Source: Polyangiaceae bacterium (lineage in GTDB: Bacteria > Myxococcota_A > Polyangia > Polyangiales > Polyangiaceae). From it: a stretch of DNA of 64,000 bases. This document shows positions 29,114-38,391 of the stretch, piece by piece. The position numbers and the translations under genes are program-made. The stretch lies in contig JBILLK010000030.1 in the NCBI GenBank assembly GCA_044376115.1, positions 32,001 to 96,000 on the forward strand. Direction: 5' to 3'. Under the pieces are notes generated by a model. That model saw only the letters and a list, made by a program, of their open reading frames with translations, was not told where the DNA came from and searched no databases. The stretch's first letter is position 1, and each line of letters starts with the position of its first letter.

Positions 29114-32032
29114 CTAGCGACCCAAGGCGAGGATTTTATCCCGCATACCAGGCTCCGCGTGCTCGAGCGCGCGCTCGACCTCTTTGCGCAGCTCCGCAGC
29201 CTGCTCCTGGCGGTTCGTCTGCTGGTAAAGCGCTGCGAGTTTGAGCCGGGCGATCAACTTGTCGAGCGTGGCGACGTCGAACGCTATCGGTATCATCGCT
29301 AACTTGTATTGCTGCTCGAGCTGCTCCTGCGGCGCCTTCTCGGCTGCGAGCAATTCAGCGTATTCGAGCGCGTTGACGATGCGGGCGCGGGTCCACACGT
29401 TGCTGCGGCTGCTCAAGATCCCGAGCGCCTTTTTATCGCCATAGGCGGCGCGCAACAGCGGAATCACATAGAAGGCGTCGGTCTCCATTTTGGAGGCGAC
29501 CACCTCGTCAGCGGCTTTGATGAGCTCCGGCTTGCTGGCCTTGCTCGCCATCAACAGACTCGCGCTAAGGCGGGTCTTCACCCAGTCGGGCAGGGCTGCG
29601 TCCTCCGCGGTGACCTCGCGCAGGAAGGTCGATAGCTTTGGGTCGACCGGCTCGCGCAGCGTACGGTTGAGCCGAAACAGGGCGATGCCGCGTTGCACTG
29701 CCGCACGCGGGTCCTGCAGATCGCGCAGCCGCGTCATGTCGGCGTCCAGCGCAACGCGCGCCGCGCCGATGCGACCGCTTTGCAGCTGAGCGGCGATCAC
29801 CAGAGCCATAGCCGCGGAGCGCATAACCTCGCGGCCGTCTGCCAGTGCCGGTTGGGCGAGCTCGCGCGCTCGCTCTGGATCGAGCGAGGCCAGCGCCAAC
29901 TCAGCGCCGAGCAACCGGCTGGCGAAGATCGTGTCGCCCGTTCCGTAGACCGCGGTGCAAAGGGCCAGCTGCTCTTTGGCCTCGGCCAGTTTGCTGTCGT
30001 GTAAGTAGTCGTCGAAGCGCCCACTGAGACAGCCTTTCTCGGGCAAGATCTCCGCAAGCCGATTCAGGTACTTTTGGTTGCGGGCAGCATCCCGTTGCGG
30101 CGAGCCGTTCACGGCGTTGTTGAGCGGCAATACCGCGTAGGTCGGGAAGCGTTGGGCGACGCCGTCCACCACGCCAAAGCCTTCATCCGGTGCGGTTTGC
30201 AGCACCACCGCGCCGTAGAGCCCGCTCACGTCGGGATCATCGACGGCCTCGAGCGAAGCCTGACGAAAAAGCCGAATGGCCTCCTCGTATTTGGCGCTGT
30301 CACCGATCAAGAGTGCGAGCCCGCGTAGCGCCTTGGCGCGATGAGGCGGCAAGCGATCAAGCGTCTCCAGCACCTTCTTGCAGGCTTCCACCGAGGTCTT
30401 GCCGCCGCGCGCCTCGACCAGGCAAGCCATGGCGTGGGACCACGGTGAGGTGCTCTCGCTCGCGACCAGCTCACGCACCGCGAGCAACGGGTCTTCGAGA
30501 TCCCCCACCAGCAGCTTGCGCCAGGTGCGCTCGATGCGGCGCGCCGACTCGTCGTTGTCGGCGCCCCAAGCCTTGCGCTCGGCCTCGCTCAGCGCGCGCG
30601 GCGCGATGGTTGGTGCGAGCTTGTTGACGGCGGCGATCATGGCGTCAAACGGCGAAGGCCCGCTGCCTTCGGCTGAGCGACCTTCGACCTTGATGGTCAC
30701 GATGTTGGGCGAGCCTGTGCGCAGCTGCACCTCGACGGGCGTGAACGCCGCGAGATCGGTCTTGGGGCCGCGCGCTCCTTCGTGGCCCCAGGGCAGGCCG
30801 GTCTCGATGCCGAGCCGCGAGCAGGCTCCGATACCGATCACAGCGGCCAACGGGCCAGCGCTCACGGTGGGCTCGAGCGTCGCCGACTGACAGCGGAAAC
30901 CGCTCAGCACCACGGGTGGGCTCACCGTCTGCGCCGAGCTGCTGGCCTTCGCCGACGTCGGGCCGAAATCGAAGACGAGCCGGCCGGAGCCCGAAGCGAT
31001 GCCGAAGATGATCACCGCGATGATCAGCGTGCCGAGCCCGGCGGCGATCCAAAAGAAGATGCGAGCGGCGCCACGCGCGGTGCGTACGGCCGTGCTCTGG
31101 TGCGAGCGCGTGAGCGGTGGTTGGGTTTTGCCGCCTTCGCTCAGGGAGGTCTTTTCGCTCGCTCGCTCAGCGTAGGGTTCGAGCGCTTGTGCGGCCTCGG
31201 AGAGCGAGCTGAAGCGCTCGGCGGGGGCTTTGCTGAGCGCGCGCATGACCGCTGCCGCGACCTCGGCGGGCAGCCCCGGAACCTTGCTCGCCACGTCGGG
31301 GATGGGCGAACTCAGGATCTTCGATACCAGGGCCAGCCCTTGATCTTCGGCGAACGGCGCTTCTCCGGAAAGCAGCTCGTAGGCCGTCATGCCCCAGGAA
31401 TATTGATCGCTGCGGGCGTCGAGCGGCTCGCCGCGCAGCTGCTCCGGCGACGCGTAACGTGGCGTGCCCACGAAGGCGCCGCGCGCGGTGAGTGAAGGCT
31501 CGTTCGCCTTGGGGATCTCGGTGGGGGCGCTGGCATCGAAGGGCTGCGCGCTGCGTTTGGCGACGCCAAAGTCGAGCACTTTGACCCGGCCGTCGCGGCG
31601 CACCATCACGTTGTCCGGCTTTATGTCGCGGTGGATCAGCCCGGCCGCCTCGGCTGCCGCGAGCGCCCGCGCGACGTCGGCCAGCCAGCCGATCTTCACG
31701 GCGAGCGGGGTGGTTTCATCGCCGACGAAGCTGCGCAGCGAGCTGCCGCGCACGAGCTCCATGGCGATGTAGGCCTGCTCTTCGGGACCACCTTCATCGC
31801 TCAGGCCGGCGTCGAACACCGTGACGACGTTGGGATGCTCGAAGGCCGCGGCGGCGCGCGCCTCGCGCAACATGCGCAAACGGGCCTCGGCGTCCCCGTC
31901 GGCGGGCAGCAGCTTGAGCGCCACGCGCCGCTCGAGCACCTTGTCTTCGGCCTCGTAGACCTCCCCCATACCGCCACGACCGAGCAGTGAGTGGAGGGTG
32001 TAGCGGGCGACGCTGTCCCCCGGAGATCGCAT
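29114..32032 (-). CDS. Transmembrane Ser/Thr protein kinase with extracytoplasmic TPR-like region
   Basis: LGRGGMGEVY, VALK, HRDIKPDN, DFG, GTPRYASPE; TM IFFWIAAGLGTLIIAVIIFG. Confidence 0.9.
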   Translation of the reverse strand: MRSPGDSVARYTLHSLLGRGGMGEVYEAEDKVLERRVALKLLPADGDAEARLRMLREARAAAAFEHPNVVTVFDAGLSDEGGPEEQAYIAMELVRGSSLRSFVGDETTPLAVKIGWLADVARALAAAEAAGLIHRDIKPDNVMVRRDGRVKVLDFGVAKRSAQPFDASAPTEIPKANEPSLTARGAFVGTPRYASPEQLRGEPLDARSDQYSWGMTAYELLSGEAPFAEDQGLALVSKILSSPIPDVASKVPGLPAEVAAAVMRALSKAPAERFSSLSEAAQALEPYAERASEKTSLSEGGKTQPPLTRSHQSTAVRTARGAARIFFWIAAGLGTLIIAVIIFGIASGSGRLVFDFGPTSAKASSSAQTVSPPVVLSGFRCQSATLEPTVSAGPLAAVIGIGACSRLGIETGLPWGHEGARGPKTDLAAFTPVEVQLRTGSPNIVTIKVEGRSAEGSGPSPFDAMIAAVNKLAPTIAPRALSEAERKAWGADNDESARRIERTWRKLLVGDLEDPLLAVRELVASESTSPWSHAMACLVEARGGKTSVEACKKVLETLDRLPPHRAKALRGLALLIGDSAKYEEAIRLFRQASLEAVDDPDVSGLYGAVVLQTAPDEGFGVVDGVAQRFPTYAVLPLNNAVNGSPQRDAARNQKYLNRLAEILPEKGCLSGRFDDYLHDSKLAEAKEQLALCTAVYGTGDTIFASRLLGAELALASLDPERARELAQPALADGREVMRSAAMALVIAAQLQSGRIGAARVALDADMTRLRDLQDPRAAVQRGIALFRLNRTLREPVDPKLSTFLREVTAEDAALPDWVKTRLSASLLMASKASKPELIKAADEVVASKMETDAFYVIPLLRAAYGDKKALGILSSRSNVWTRARIVNALEYAELLAAEKAPQEQLEQQYKLAMIPIAFDVATLDKLIARLKLAALYQQTNRQEQAAELRKEVERALEHAEPGMRDKILALGR

Positions 32033-32204
32033 ACAACGCCCGCTTAGCGCGGGTGCGTTGCGAGGGCATCAAGTTATCGTGCGACCGCGAAGGCGAGCGA
32101 CCGGCGCCCGTCAGCCTGGTTTCGGCGTTCGCCAGCCAAATAGCGCGGTTTTCTGCGGAAGAACGCTGATGTTGCGCGGGCATGAAAGCTGCGAAAGCGC
32201 GGGT

Positions 32205-32882
32205 ATGAGCACTTCGACCAATCAATGGATGCCGCGTGAGAAGGCCCTGACGCAAGGGCTTGAACGGCTGGGTGACAGCGACCTCTTGGCTTTGCTGCTT
32301 GGCACGGGAACCGCCGGAGCCAGCGTATTCGAGGTCGCGAGCGGCCTGCTCGCGGAGCACGGCGGCGTGGAGGGGCTTTCGCGGTTACGCCCTCCGACTT
32401 TGGCCGAGTCCAAGGGGCTCGGTCCGGCGCGCGCGTTGCGGCTCGCCGCGGCCTTTGAGCTGGGCCGGCGGGCGCAGCTCTCGGAGACGAGGCCGCGCAA
32501 GCGAGTGAGTCGGGCCGAGGACGTCTCGGCCTACGTGACGGCCCAGCTCGGTAGGCTGGACCACGAGGAGATGTGGCTCTTGTGTCTCGACGGGCAGAAC
32601 GGCGTGCGAACCTTTCGCCGGGTGGCCCAAGGCGGGCTTCACGGATGTTCTGTATCGGCCCGCGATATCTTGCGTTCGGCGCTGCTCGACGCAGCCTCGG
32701 CGATCGTGGTTTGCCACAATCATCCGAGCGGCGACCCTACGCCCAGCCCGGCCGACGTGATGATGACGCGGCAGCTCTCGGAGGCGGCGGAACAGGTAGG
32801 AATCGCCTTGGTTGACCACGTGATCGTGGCGCGCGGGCGATTCTCGTCGATGCTCGAGCTTGGAATCCTGCAGTGTGTCTGA
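32205..32882 (+). CDS. radC: RadC family JAB-domain protein
   Basis: PREKAL..G...L.DSDLLALLLGTG, GLGPARA..L.AAFELGRR, CHNHPSGDPTPSPAD, LVDHVI. Confidence 0.92.
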   Translation: MSTSTNQWMPREKALTQGLERLGDSDLLALLLGTGTAGASVFEVASGLLAEHGGVEGLSRLRPPTLAESKGLGPARALRLAAAFELGRRAQLSETRPRKRVSRAEDVSAYVTAQLGRLDHEEMWLLCLDGQNGVRTFRRVAQGGLHGCSVSARDILRSALLDAASAIVVCHNHPSGDPTPSPADVMMTRQLSEAAEQVGIALVDHVIVARGRFSSMLELGILQCV

Positions 32883-32962
32883 ACGTGCGGCCCTGCTCCG
32901 GACGGCCGAGCGCAAGTCAGAGAGTGCCAAGCGCGTAAAATCTCGGTACCTTCTCCGCTCGA

Positions 32963-34414
32963 ATGACGCTCGACGCGATCCAATATTTTCCGAAGACGGA
33001 TGTCGGGCGGGTGCGCGATCTCAACGAGGACAACTACCTCGTCGATAAGAAGCTCGCGATCAGCCTGGTGGCCGACGGTATGGGTGGGCACGCCGCAGGG
33101 GAGGTCGCCAGCGCGATCGCCGTGCGTGTCATTCATCAGGAGATCAAGAAGCGGCAAGATCTGATCAAGGCCTACGGGGAAGGGCGCGTCTCGCGCGACG
33201 CCGGCCGGGAGATTCAGCATCTGCTGGAATCGGCGGTGTTGCGTGCCTGTTCCCGCGTGCACGAAGAAGCCAAGAGCGACGCCGCCAAACGCGGCATGGG
33301 CACCACGCTCTCGGCCTTGCTCGTCACCGGCGCTTACGGCTTCGTCGCGCACGTGGGGGACAGCCGCATCTACCTGCACCGCAACGGTAAGATCCAGCAG
33401 ATCACCGAAGATCACACCGTCTACAATGAGCTCGTTCGGCGCGGTCGTTTGACCAAAGAGCAGATCGAGAAGGTCGCCCAAAAGAACGCTGTTACGCGCG
33501 CGGTCGGTGTGTACGAGCGGGTCGAGGTGGATACCTTGATGATCGACCTGCTGCCGGGTGACCAGTTCCTGCTCGCCTCGGACGGCCTGCATGGCTACAT
33601 CAACCACGTTGCGGAGCTCGAGCCTTACTTCGAGGATGAGGACGGCGAGCGCGCTGCCACCGAGCTGATCGAGCTGGCCAACAACAAAGGCGGCAAAGAC
33701 AACATCACCTGCGTCCTCGTGCGCATCGGCGGCTCCGGTGAGGTCGCCTCCAACCTCGCGCGCAAGCTCGAGCAAAAGAAGCAGGCGCTGCGCAGCATGC
33801 CGCTGTTCTCGAAGCTGCACGAGCGCGAACTCTTGCGCATCATGCAGGTCGCCGACGTGCTCGAGTTCGGCCCTGGGGACTGCGTCGTACGCGAGGGAGA
33901 TCGCGGGGACGAGCTGTTCATCGTGATCGACGGCATGCTGGAGATTCTGCGCGGTGAGCAGGTGCTCTCGGAGGTCGGGCCAGGCGAGCACTTCGGCGAA
34001 ATGGCGCTGATTCGCAGCACGCCGCGTTCGGCCACGGTGCGCTCGCTGGACGTGAGCGAGCTGATCGCGATTCGGCGCAGCGAGTTCTTCTCGATCTTGC
34101 GCAAAGAGCACGAGCTCGCGGTCAAGCTGTTGTGGCAGTTCCTCGGCGTCTTGGCCGATCGTTTGGATCAGACCTCGCGTGATCTTTCCACCGCCAAGGA
34201 GGAGTTGGCCGCGGAAGATATTTCCGATGCGATCGCCGAGGACGTGGAGGAGACCTCGTCGGAGGCGCGTCTTTCGCTAGCGGATCGGCTGTTCGACGAG
34301 AACACGGCGCCCGAAGGGATGGCGCCGCTCAGCGCTGGCGTGCGCGGCTCTACGGAGAGCGGCGCGGCCCGCGATTCGAGCCCGCTCGGAGCCGGCGAAC
34401 CGACTGCGAAGTGA
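32963..34414 (+). CDS. PP2C-family Ser/Thr phosphatase fused to cyclic-nucleotide-binding domain
   Basis: TDVGRVR..NED, VADGMGGHAAGEVAS, MGTT, HVGDSRIY, LASDGL, GKDNIT; VREGDRGDELF, GEHFGEMALI..PRSATV. Confidence 0.92.
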   Translation: MTLDAIQYFPKTDVGRVRDLNEDNYLVDKKLAISLVADGMGGHAAGEVASAIAVRVIHQEIKKRQDLIKAYGEGRVSRDAGREIQHLLESAVLRACSRVHEEAKSDAAKRGMGTTLSALLVTGAYGFVAHVGDSRIYLHRNGKIQQITEDHTVYNELVRRGRLTKEQIEKVAQKNAVTRAVGVYERVEVDTLMIDLLPGDQFLLASDGLHGYINHVAELEPYFEDEDGERAATELIELANNKGGKDNITCVLVRIGGSGEVASNLARKLEQKKQALRSMPLFSKLHERELLRIMQVADVLEFGPGDCVVREGDRGDELFIVIDGMLEILRGEQVLSEVGPGEHFGEMALIRSTPRSATVRSLDVSELIAIRRSEFFSILRKEHELAVKLLWQFLGVLADRLDQTSRDLSTAKEELAAEDISDAIAEDVEETSSEARLSLADRLFDENTAPEGMAPLSAGVRGSTESGAARDSSPLGAGEPTAK

Positions 34415-35757
34415 GCGGCTCGTTGCCTCCGCTGGGGAGGGCGTCGGTAGCCGCCGCGCTGCTCGCGACGCTCGGCGTTGCACCTGCGGCGTTGGCTGCA
34501 CCGCCGGCAACCCCGGCAACGCGTGAGCCGGTGCGCGAGCCGGTGCTGGCTTCGGAGCCGGTGGTGATGCGTGAGCCGGGCGAGCCGATGGTTTTGCCCG
34601 ACGCCGCGGATGAGCGCGACCCCTTCGATATCGAGTTGCAGCTGGGTTACCGCTTTTCGTTCGAGGGCGGGCTGCTCACCCGCGGGGAACAAGCCGCGGC
34701 TGCCTATGAGCGCTTTTCGTCGCTGCTCACGCCGGAGGTCCGCGTGGGTATGTTCCGCGATCTGGCCGGGTTTGTTCGCCTGCCGGTGCTCTTGGCCGAG
34801 ACCAACGAGATCGGCAAACGCGCAGGCGGCGGTGAGTCGATCTCGTTCCAGGGGGAGACCTTGGTCTCCTTTCCGTTTGCCTCGCCTGCGCGCAGTGGGC
34901 TCAAGAGCTTTGCCACGGGCTTTGCGTACGGCCTGATGAACCAAGCTCGCGATCCGTCCTTGCCCAGCTGGAACATCGGGCTGGAGGCGGAGGTTTCGAT
35001 CGGCGACCCGATCCGTGCGTGCGTGAAGCGACCCGTCGAGGGGGAGCTGGCCTGTGCCGACGCGGCCGACGTGAACCGCAACGGCGTTCGGGATGCGGGC
35101 GAACCAGCGCTTGAATCGGGGCTCGAGTCGGGGCTTACGCGGGAGTCCTTGACGTTGCGGCTGGAGAGCAAGCTCTCGCGGCGGATCCGTTTCGTGGAGC
35201 CTTTTGCCGGCGTTGGTGCGGCGGTGGAGCTGCCCTTCGCGAATAGCCCGCTGCTCCGCGAGGGCGCGTTCACGTTGCCGCCGGTGCACGCGCGCGCCGA
35301 GCTGGGCGTGGGCTTTTTGCCCTGGGAGAACCGCGAACGTCACAGCCGCGTTTGGCTCGATGTACGCGTGCGCGCGACCTTCGTCTCGCAGGGCCCGGAT
35401 ATTTCGCCCGCCTTCGATTTAGCCGGGGCGAGTTCGGCGCTCGCGCTGCGTCAGCCGGTGACGGTGGGCTCGCAGCAAGGCGTCCTCAACGGGGTGCTGA
35501 CCTCCGAGGCGCACGCGCGCATCGGCGGACTCACTTCGTTTATTTGGCGCGCCAGTCAGATCATTCGTTTCGGCGTCGACGTGGAGCTCGAGCACGCGAC
35601 CGCGCACAGCGTGGCGAGTGAGCTCTCGTGCAGTGAATCCCCAGGTTCTTGTGATGATCTGCATTACCGCGAGGCCCTGCATCGCGACGACGTCGAGCTT
35701 GGTGTTTCGAGCTCGGTCTCGTTCGGACTTGGAGCAAGTGGTGCGGTGATGTTTTGA
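34411..35757 (+). CDS. Hypothetical outer-membrane beta-barrel protein
   Basis: Signal peptide, amphipathic strands, C-terminal Phe; GTGA overlap with the upstream gene. Confidence 0.6.
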   Translation: MSGSLPPLGRASVAAALLATLGVAPAALAAPPATPATREPVREPVLASEPVVMREPGEPMVLPDAADERDPFDIELQLGYRFSFEGGLLTRGEQAAAAYERFSSLLTPEVRVGMFRDLAGFVRLPVLLAETNEIGKRAGGGESISFQGETLVSFPFASPARSGLKSFATGFAYGLMNQARDPSLPSWNIGLEAEVSIGDPIRACVKRPVEGELACADAADVNRNGVRDAGEPALESGLESGLTRESLTLRLESKLSRRIRFVEPFAGVGAAVELPFANSPLLREGAFTLPPVHARAELGVGFLPWENRERHSRVWLDVRVRATFVSQGPDISPAFDLAGASSALALRQPVTVGSQQGVLNGVLTSEAHARIGGLTSFIWRASQIIRFGVDVELEHATAHSVASELSCSESPGSCDDLHYREALHRDDVELGVSSSVSFGLGASGAVMF

Positions 35758-35786
35758 CGGCGACAGAAGTAAGGTATGGGGCGTCC

Positions 35787-36719
35787 ATGCAGTTCGTCGT
35801 CGAAGAGAGCGAAGCGGGCGTCCGATTGGACAAGCTCTTGACGAGCCGCCTCTCGGGTTTGGGCAGAGTCACCGTCAAGAAGCTGTTTGCCGAGGGCAAA
35901 GTGAACATCGTCAGCGAGGGCCGCAGACCGCGGCGCGCTGCCAAAGGCGATGTCGCCGTGCTCGGGACTACCTTGGAGGTCGAGGTCGAGACCACGTCCA
36001 CCGTGGCCGTCGCTGATCCGGAGGCCAAGCTGACGGTGCTGCTCGAGACCGAGCAGTTGGTGGTGCTCGAGAAGCCGTCGGGTCAACCGACTGCGCCGCT
36101 CGCTCCGGGCGAACGCGGCGCGCTCGCCAACGCGCTGGTCGCTCGTTACCCCGACGTCGCTTCGTGCGGCTTCTCTCCGCGTGAGCCCGGGCTTTGCCAC
36201 CGCCTCGACACTGACACCTCCGGCTTGGTGCTGGCTGCGCGCAACCCCGCCGCCTTCGAGGCGCTCACCGCTGGCTTGCGTGAAGGCCGGCTGGACAAGC
36301 GTTATTGGCTGATCGTCTCGGCGCTGGATCTGCCGGAGAGCGGGACGATCGAGATCCCGCTCGCGCCCCACCCGAAAGATCGTCGGCGCGTGCTGGCCTG
36401 CGTGCACCCGCGTGACGTCGAGCGGGAGAACCCGCGGCCGGCCACTACGCTGTGGACCAAGCTGCGTGAACACGGTGGATTGGCGCTGGTGGAGGCCCGT
36501 GCGCCCAAAGCGCTACGCCACCAAATTAGAGCCCACTTCGCGGCGATTGGCTTTCCCCTGTTGGGGGATGCGCTCTACGGCGGAGGCACCACCCACGACC
36601 TCAAGCGGCACGCGCTGCACGCGCATCGCATCGCTTGGCCGGGAGACGCGACGGTGGCGGCCTTCACGGTGACGAGCCCGCTGCCGGCGGACCTCGTCGG
36701 CCTCGTACCCGAGGCCTGA
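35787..36719 (+). CDS. RluA/RluD family pseudouridine synthase
   Basis: S4-like RLDKLL; KPSG; HRLDTDTSGL; HQIRAHFA.IGFPLLGDALYG; ALHA. Confidence 0.92.
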   Translation: MQFVVEESEAGVRLDKLLTSRLSGLGRVTVKKLFAEGKVNIVSEGRRPRRAAKGDVAVLGTTLEVEVETTSTVAVADPEAKLTVLLETEQLVVLEKPSGQPTAPLAPGERGALANALVARYPDVASCGFSPREPGLCHRLDTDTSGLVLAARNPAAFEALTAGLREGRLDKRYWLIVSALDLPESGTIEIPLAPHPKDRRRVLACVHPRDVERENPRPATTLWTKLREHGGLALVEARAPKALRHQIRAHFAAIGFPLLGDALYGGGTTHDLKRHALHAHRIAWPGDATVAAFTVTSPLPADLVGLVPEA

Positions 36720-36791
36720 GCGGCGCTCCCAACCTTCCGGATCAGCGCGCCGCAGCCTGACAACGCCGCCGATCTATGGCATGGACCGGCG

Positions 36792-37664
36792 ATGAGCGAC
36801 GAGGACGAAGAGGCCCGAGACAGTTCACCGCCTGCCAGCGCCAAGAGCGCCAAGAAGGGCTCGCGGCCGTCGGCGCACAAGAATGAGGAGCGAGCGGTAA
36901 CGGTGGAGGTCGCTGCGACCAAGACCAAGGCTCGCACGTTCACCGCCGCGCACTTGGCGATGACGTTGGTGGCCGGCATCGCGCTGGGCGGTGGCGGCAC
37001 CTTCATCGCGGCGAAGAACGGGCTGTTCAACCCGGCGAAAGATGCGGCGCAGAACCGCGACAAGCCCAATGCTTATGTCCCGGCCGCGCAATGGACGGTC
37101 AGGGAAGGGCCAGAGCACGCCAAGGTCACGATCGTCGATTTCAGCGACTTTCAATGCCCGCATTGCTCGCGCGTGGCCCCGCTGTTGAAGGAGCTCGTCG
37201 GCTCGTACAACGGCGCCGTGAGCGTTCACCTACGCAACTTCCCGTTGCAGATGCACGCGGACGCCGAGCCCGCTGCACGCGCGCTGCAAGCGGCTTCACG
37301 CCAGGGCAAAGGCAGCGAGATGAGCGAAAAAATGTTCGCCAATATGAAGGCACTCAAGCCCGAAGATTTGGAGAAGTACGCCGGGGAGCTCGGGCTCGAC
37401 GTGGCGAAGTTCAAAGCGGACTTCGAGAGTCAGGAGCTGAAGGATGAGGTCGCCAAAGATCTGCAGACCGGCAAAGACGCAGGCGTACGCGGCACGCCGG
37501 CCATCTTCATCAACGGCCTGCGTTACAACGGCGCGCGCACGGCAGAAGGCTTCAAGGCCGTGATCGACGCAGAGATCAAGAAGGCCGACGAGCTGATCAA
37601 GAGCGGCACGCCGATCGAGAAGGTCTACGAAACGATCGGTAAGAAGAACGCGCCGGGCAGCTGA
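36792..37664 (+). CDS. Membrane-anchored DsbA-family thioredoxin-fold protein
   Basis: FSDFQCPHC, RNFPL..H, GVRGTPAIFING. Confidence 0.9.
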   Translation: MSDEDEEARDSSPPASAKSAKKGSRPSAHKNEERAVTVEVAATKTKARTFTAAHLAMTLVAGIALGGGGTFIAAKNGLFNPAKDAAQNRDKPNAYVPAAQWTVREGPEHAKVTIVDFSDFQCPHCSRVAPLLKELVGSYNGAVSVHLRNFPLQMHADAEPAARALQAASRQGKGSEMSEKMFANMKALKPEDLEKYAGELGLDVAKFKADFESQELKDEVAKDLQTGKDAGVRGTPAIFINGLRYNGARTAEGFKAVIDAEIKKADELIKSGTPIEKVYETIGKKNAPGS

Positions 37665-37670
37665 GTCGGA

Positions 37671-37695
37671 GGCGTCTCCCGCGAGAGGAGGCGCC
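37671..37695. terminator. Hairpin between convergent genes
   Basis: ggcgtctcc-N7-ggaggcgcc in a 33-bp convergent gap. Confidence 0.5.
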
Positions 37696-37697
37696 GT

Positions 37698-38378
37698 CTA
37701 CTTCGGAATCACCGGCGCAATGCCCTGTCCAACCGTAGCGCCGTCCTTGCGAAAGATGAGCGTGCAGCCTCCTCGGCCGCCGGCGTTGGGGCTGACGGTG
37801 AGCATGAATTTGTCTTTGGGCGCAGCTGCTTTGACGAACACTTTGGCCAGCTCCTCGCACGTCGGCGGCGTGCCGTTTTGCACCTGGCATTGCACGAGCT
37901 GACCGTACTCGCTGCTGAGTTCGGGGCGCTTGACCGGGCGGCCCTCTTTGCGCGCGAGCTCCTTCTCGACTTTCGCCACCGCGTCTTCGAGCTTCTTGGT
38001 GTCGATCACGAACGCCTGCTCGCAACCTGCCTCACGTAGCTCGTCGGTCCCTTGCGCTGATTGCGCCTCGAGCATGACGGCGGCGACGTCTTTGAGCCCG
38101 CCGAGCATGCCGCCGAACTGCGACCACATGAAGACGCCGATGGCGATGCCCGAGACGAGGAAGCATGCCCCGCCGATCAGCAGCGCCAACATGCAGCCGC
38201 TCATCCCTTTCTTTGGCGCTTGCGGCGGGTAGGGCTGACCGTACGGAGGAGGCTGGGCGAAGGCTGGCTGACCTGGCGGACCATAGGCCGGCCCATAGGC
38301 CGGCTGCTGCTGCTGCCCGTAGGCCGGCTGCTGAGGGTGGGGACCTTGTGGCGCCGGCGGTCCACCGTGGGGGTTCAT
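37698..38378 (-). CDS. Hypothetical single-TM protein with Pro/Gln/Tyr-rich N-terminus
   Basis: QPAYG repeats, KKGMSGC + TM, periplasmic domain with 4 Cys. Confidence 0.7.
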   Translation of the reverse strand: MNPHGGPPAPQGPHPQQPAYGQQQQPAYGPAYGPPGQPAFAQPPPYGQPYPPQAPKKGMSGCMLALLIGGACFLVSGIAIGVFMWSQFGGMLGGLKDVAAVMLEAQSAQGTDELREAGCEQAFVIDTKKLEDAVAKVEKELARKEGRPVKRPELSSEYGQLVQCQVQNGTPPTCEELAKVFVKAAAPKDKFMLTVSPNAGGRGGCTLIFRKDGATVGQGIAPVIPK

Positions 38379-38391
38379 GCCGGCGAGGGTA

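Noticed and set aside
32205..32882. radC as a marker of a mobile element
   Set aside because: Full-length chromosomal type with N-terminal HhH region, host-like GC and housekeeping neighbours
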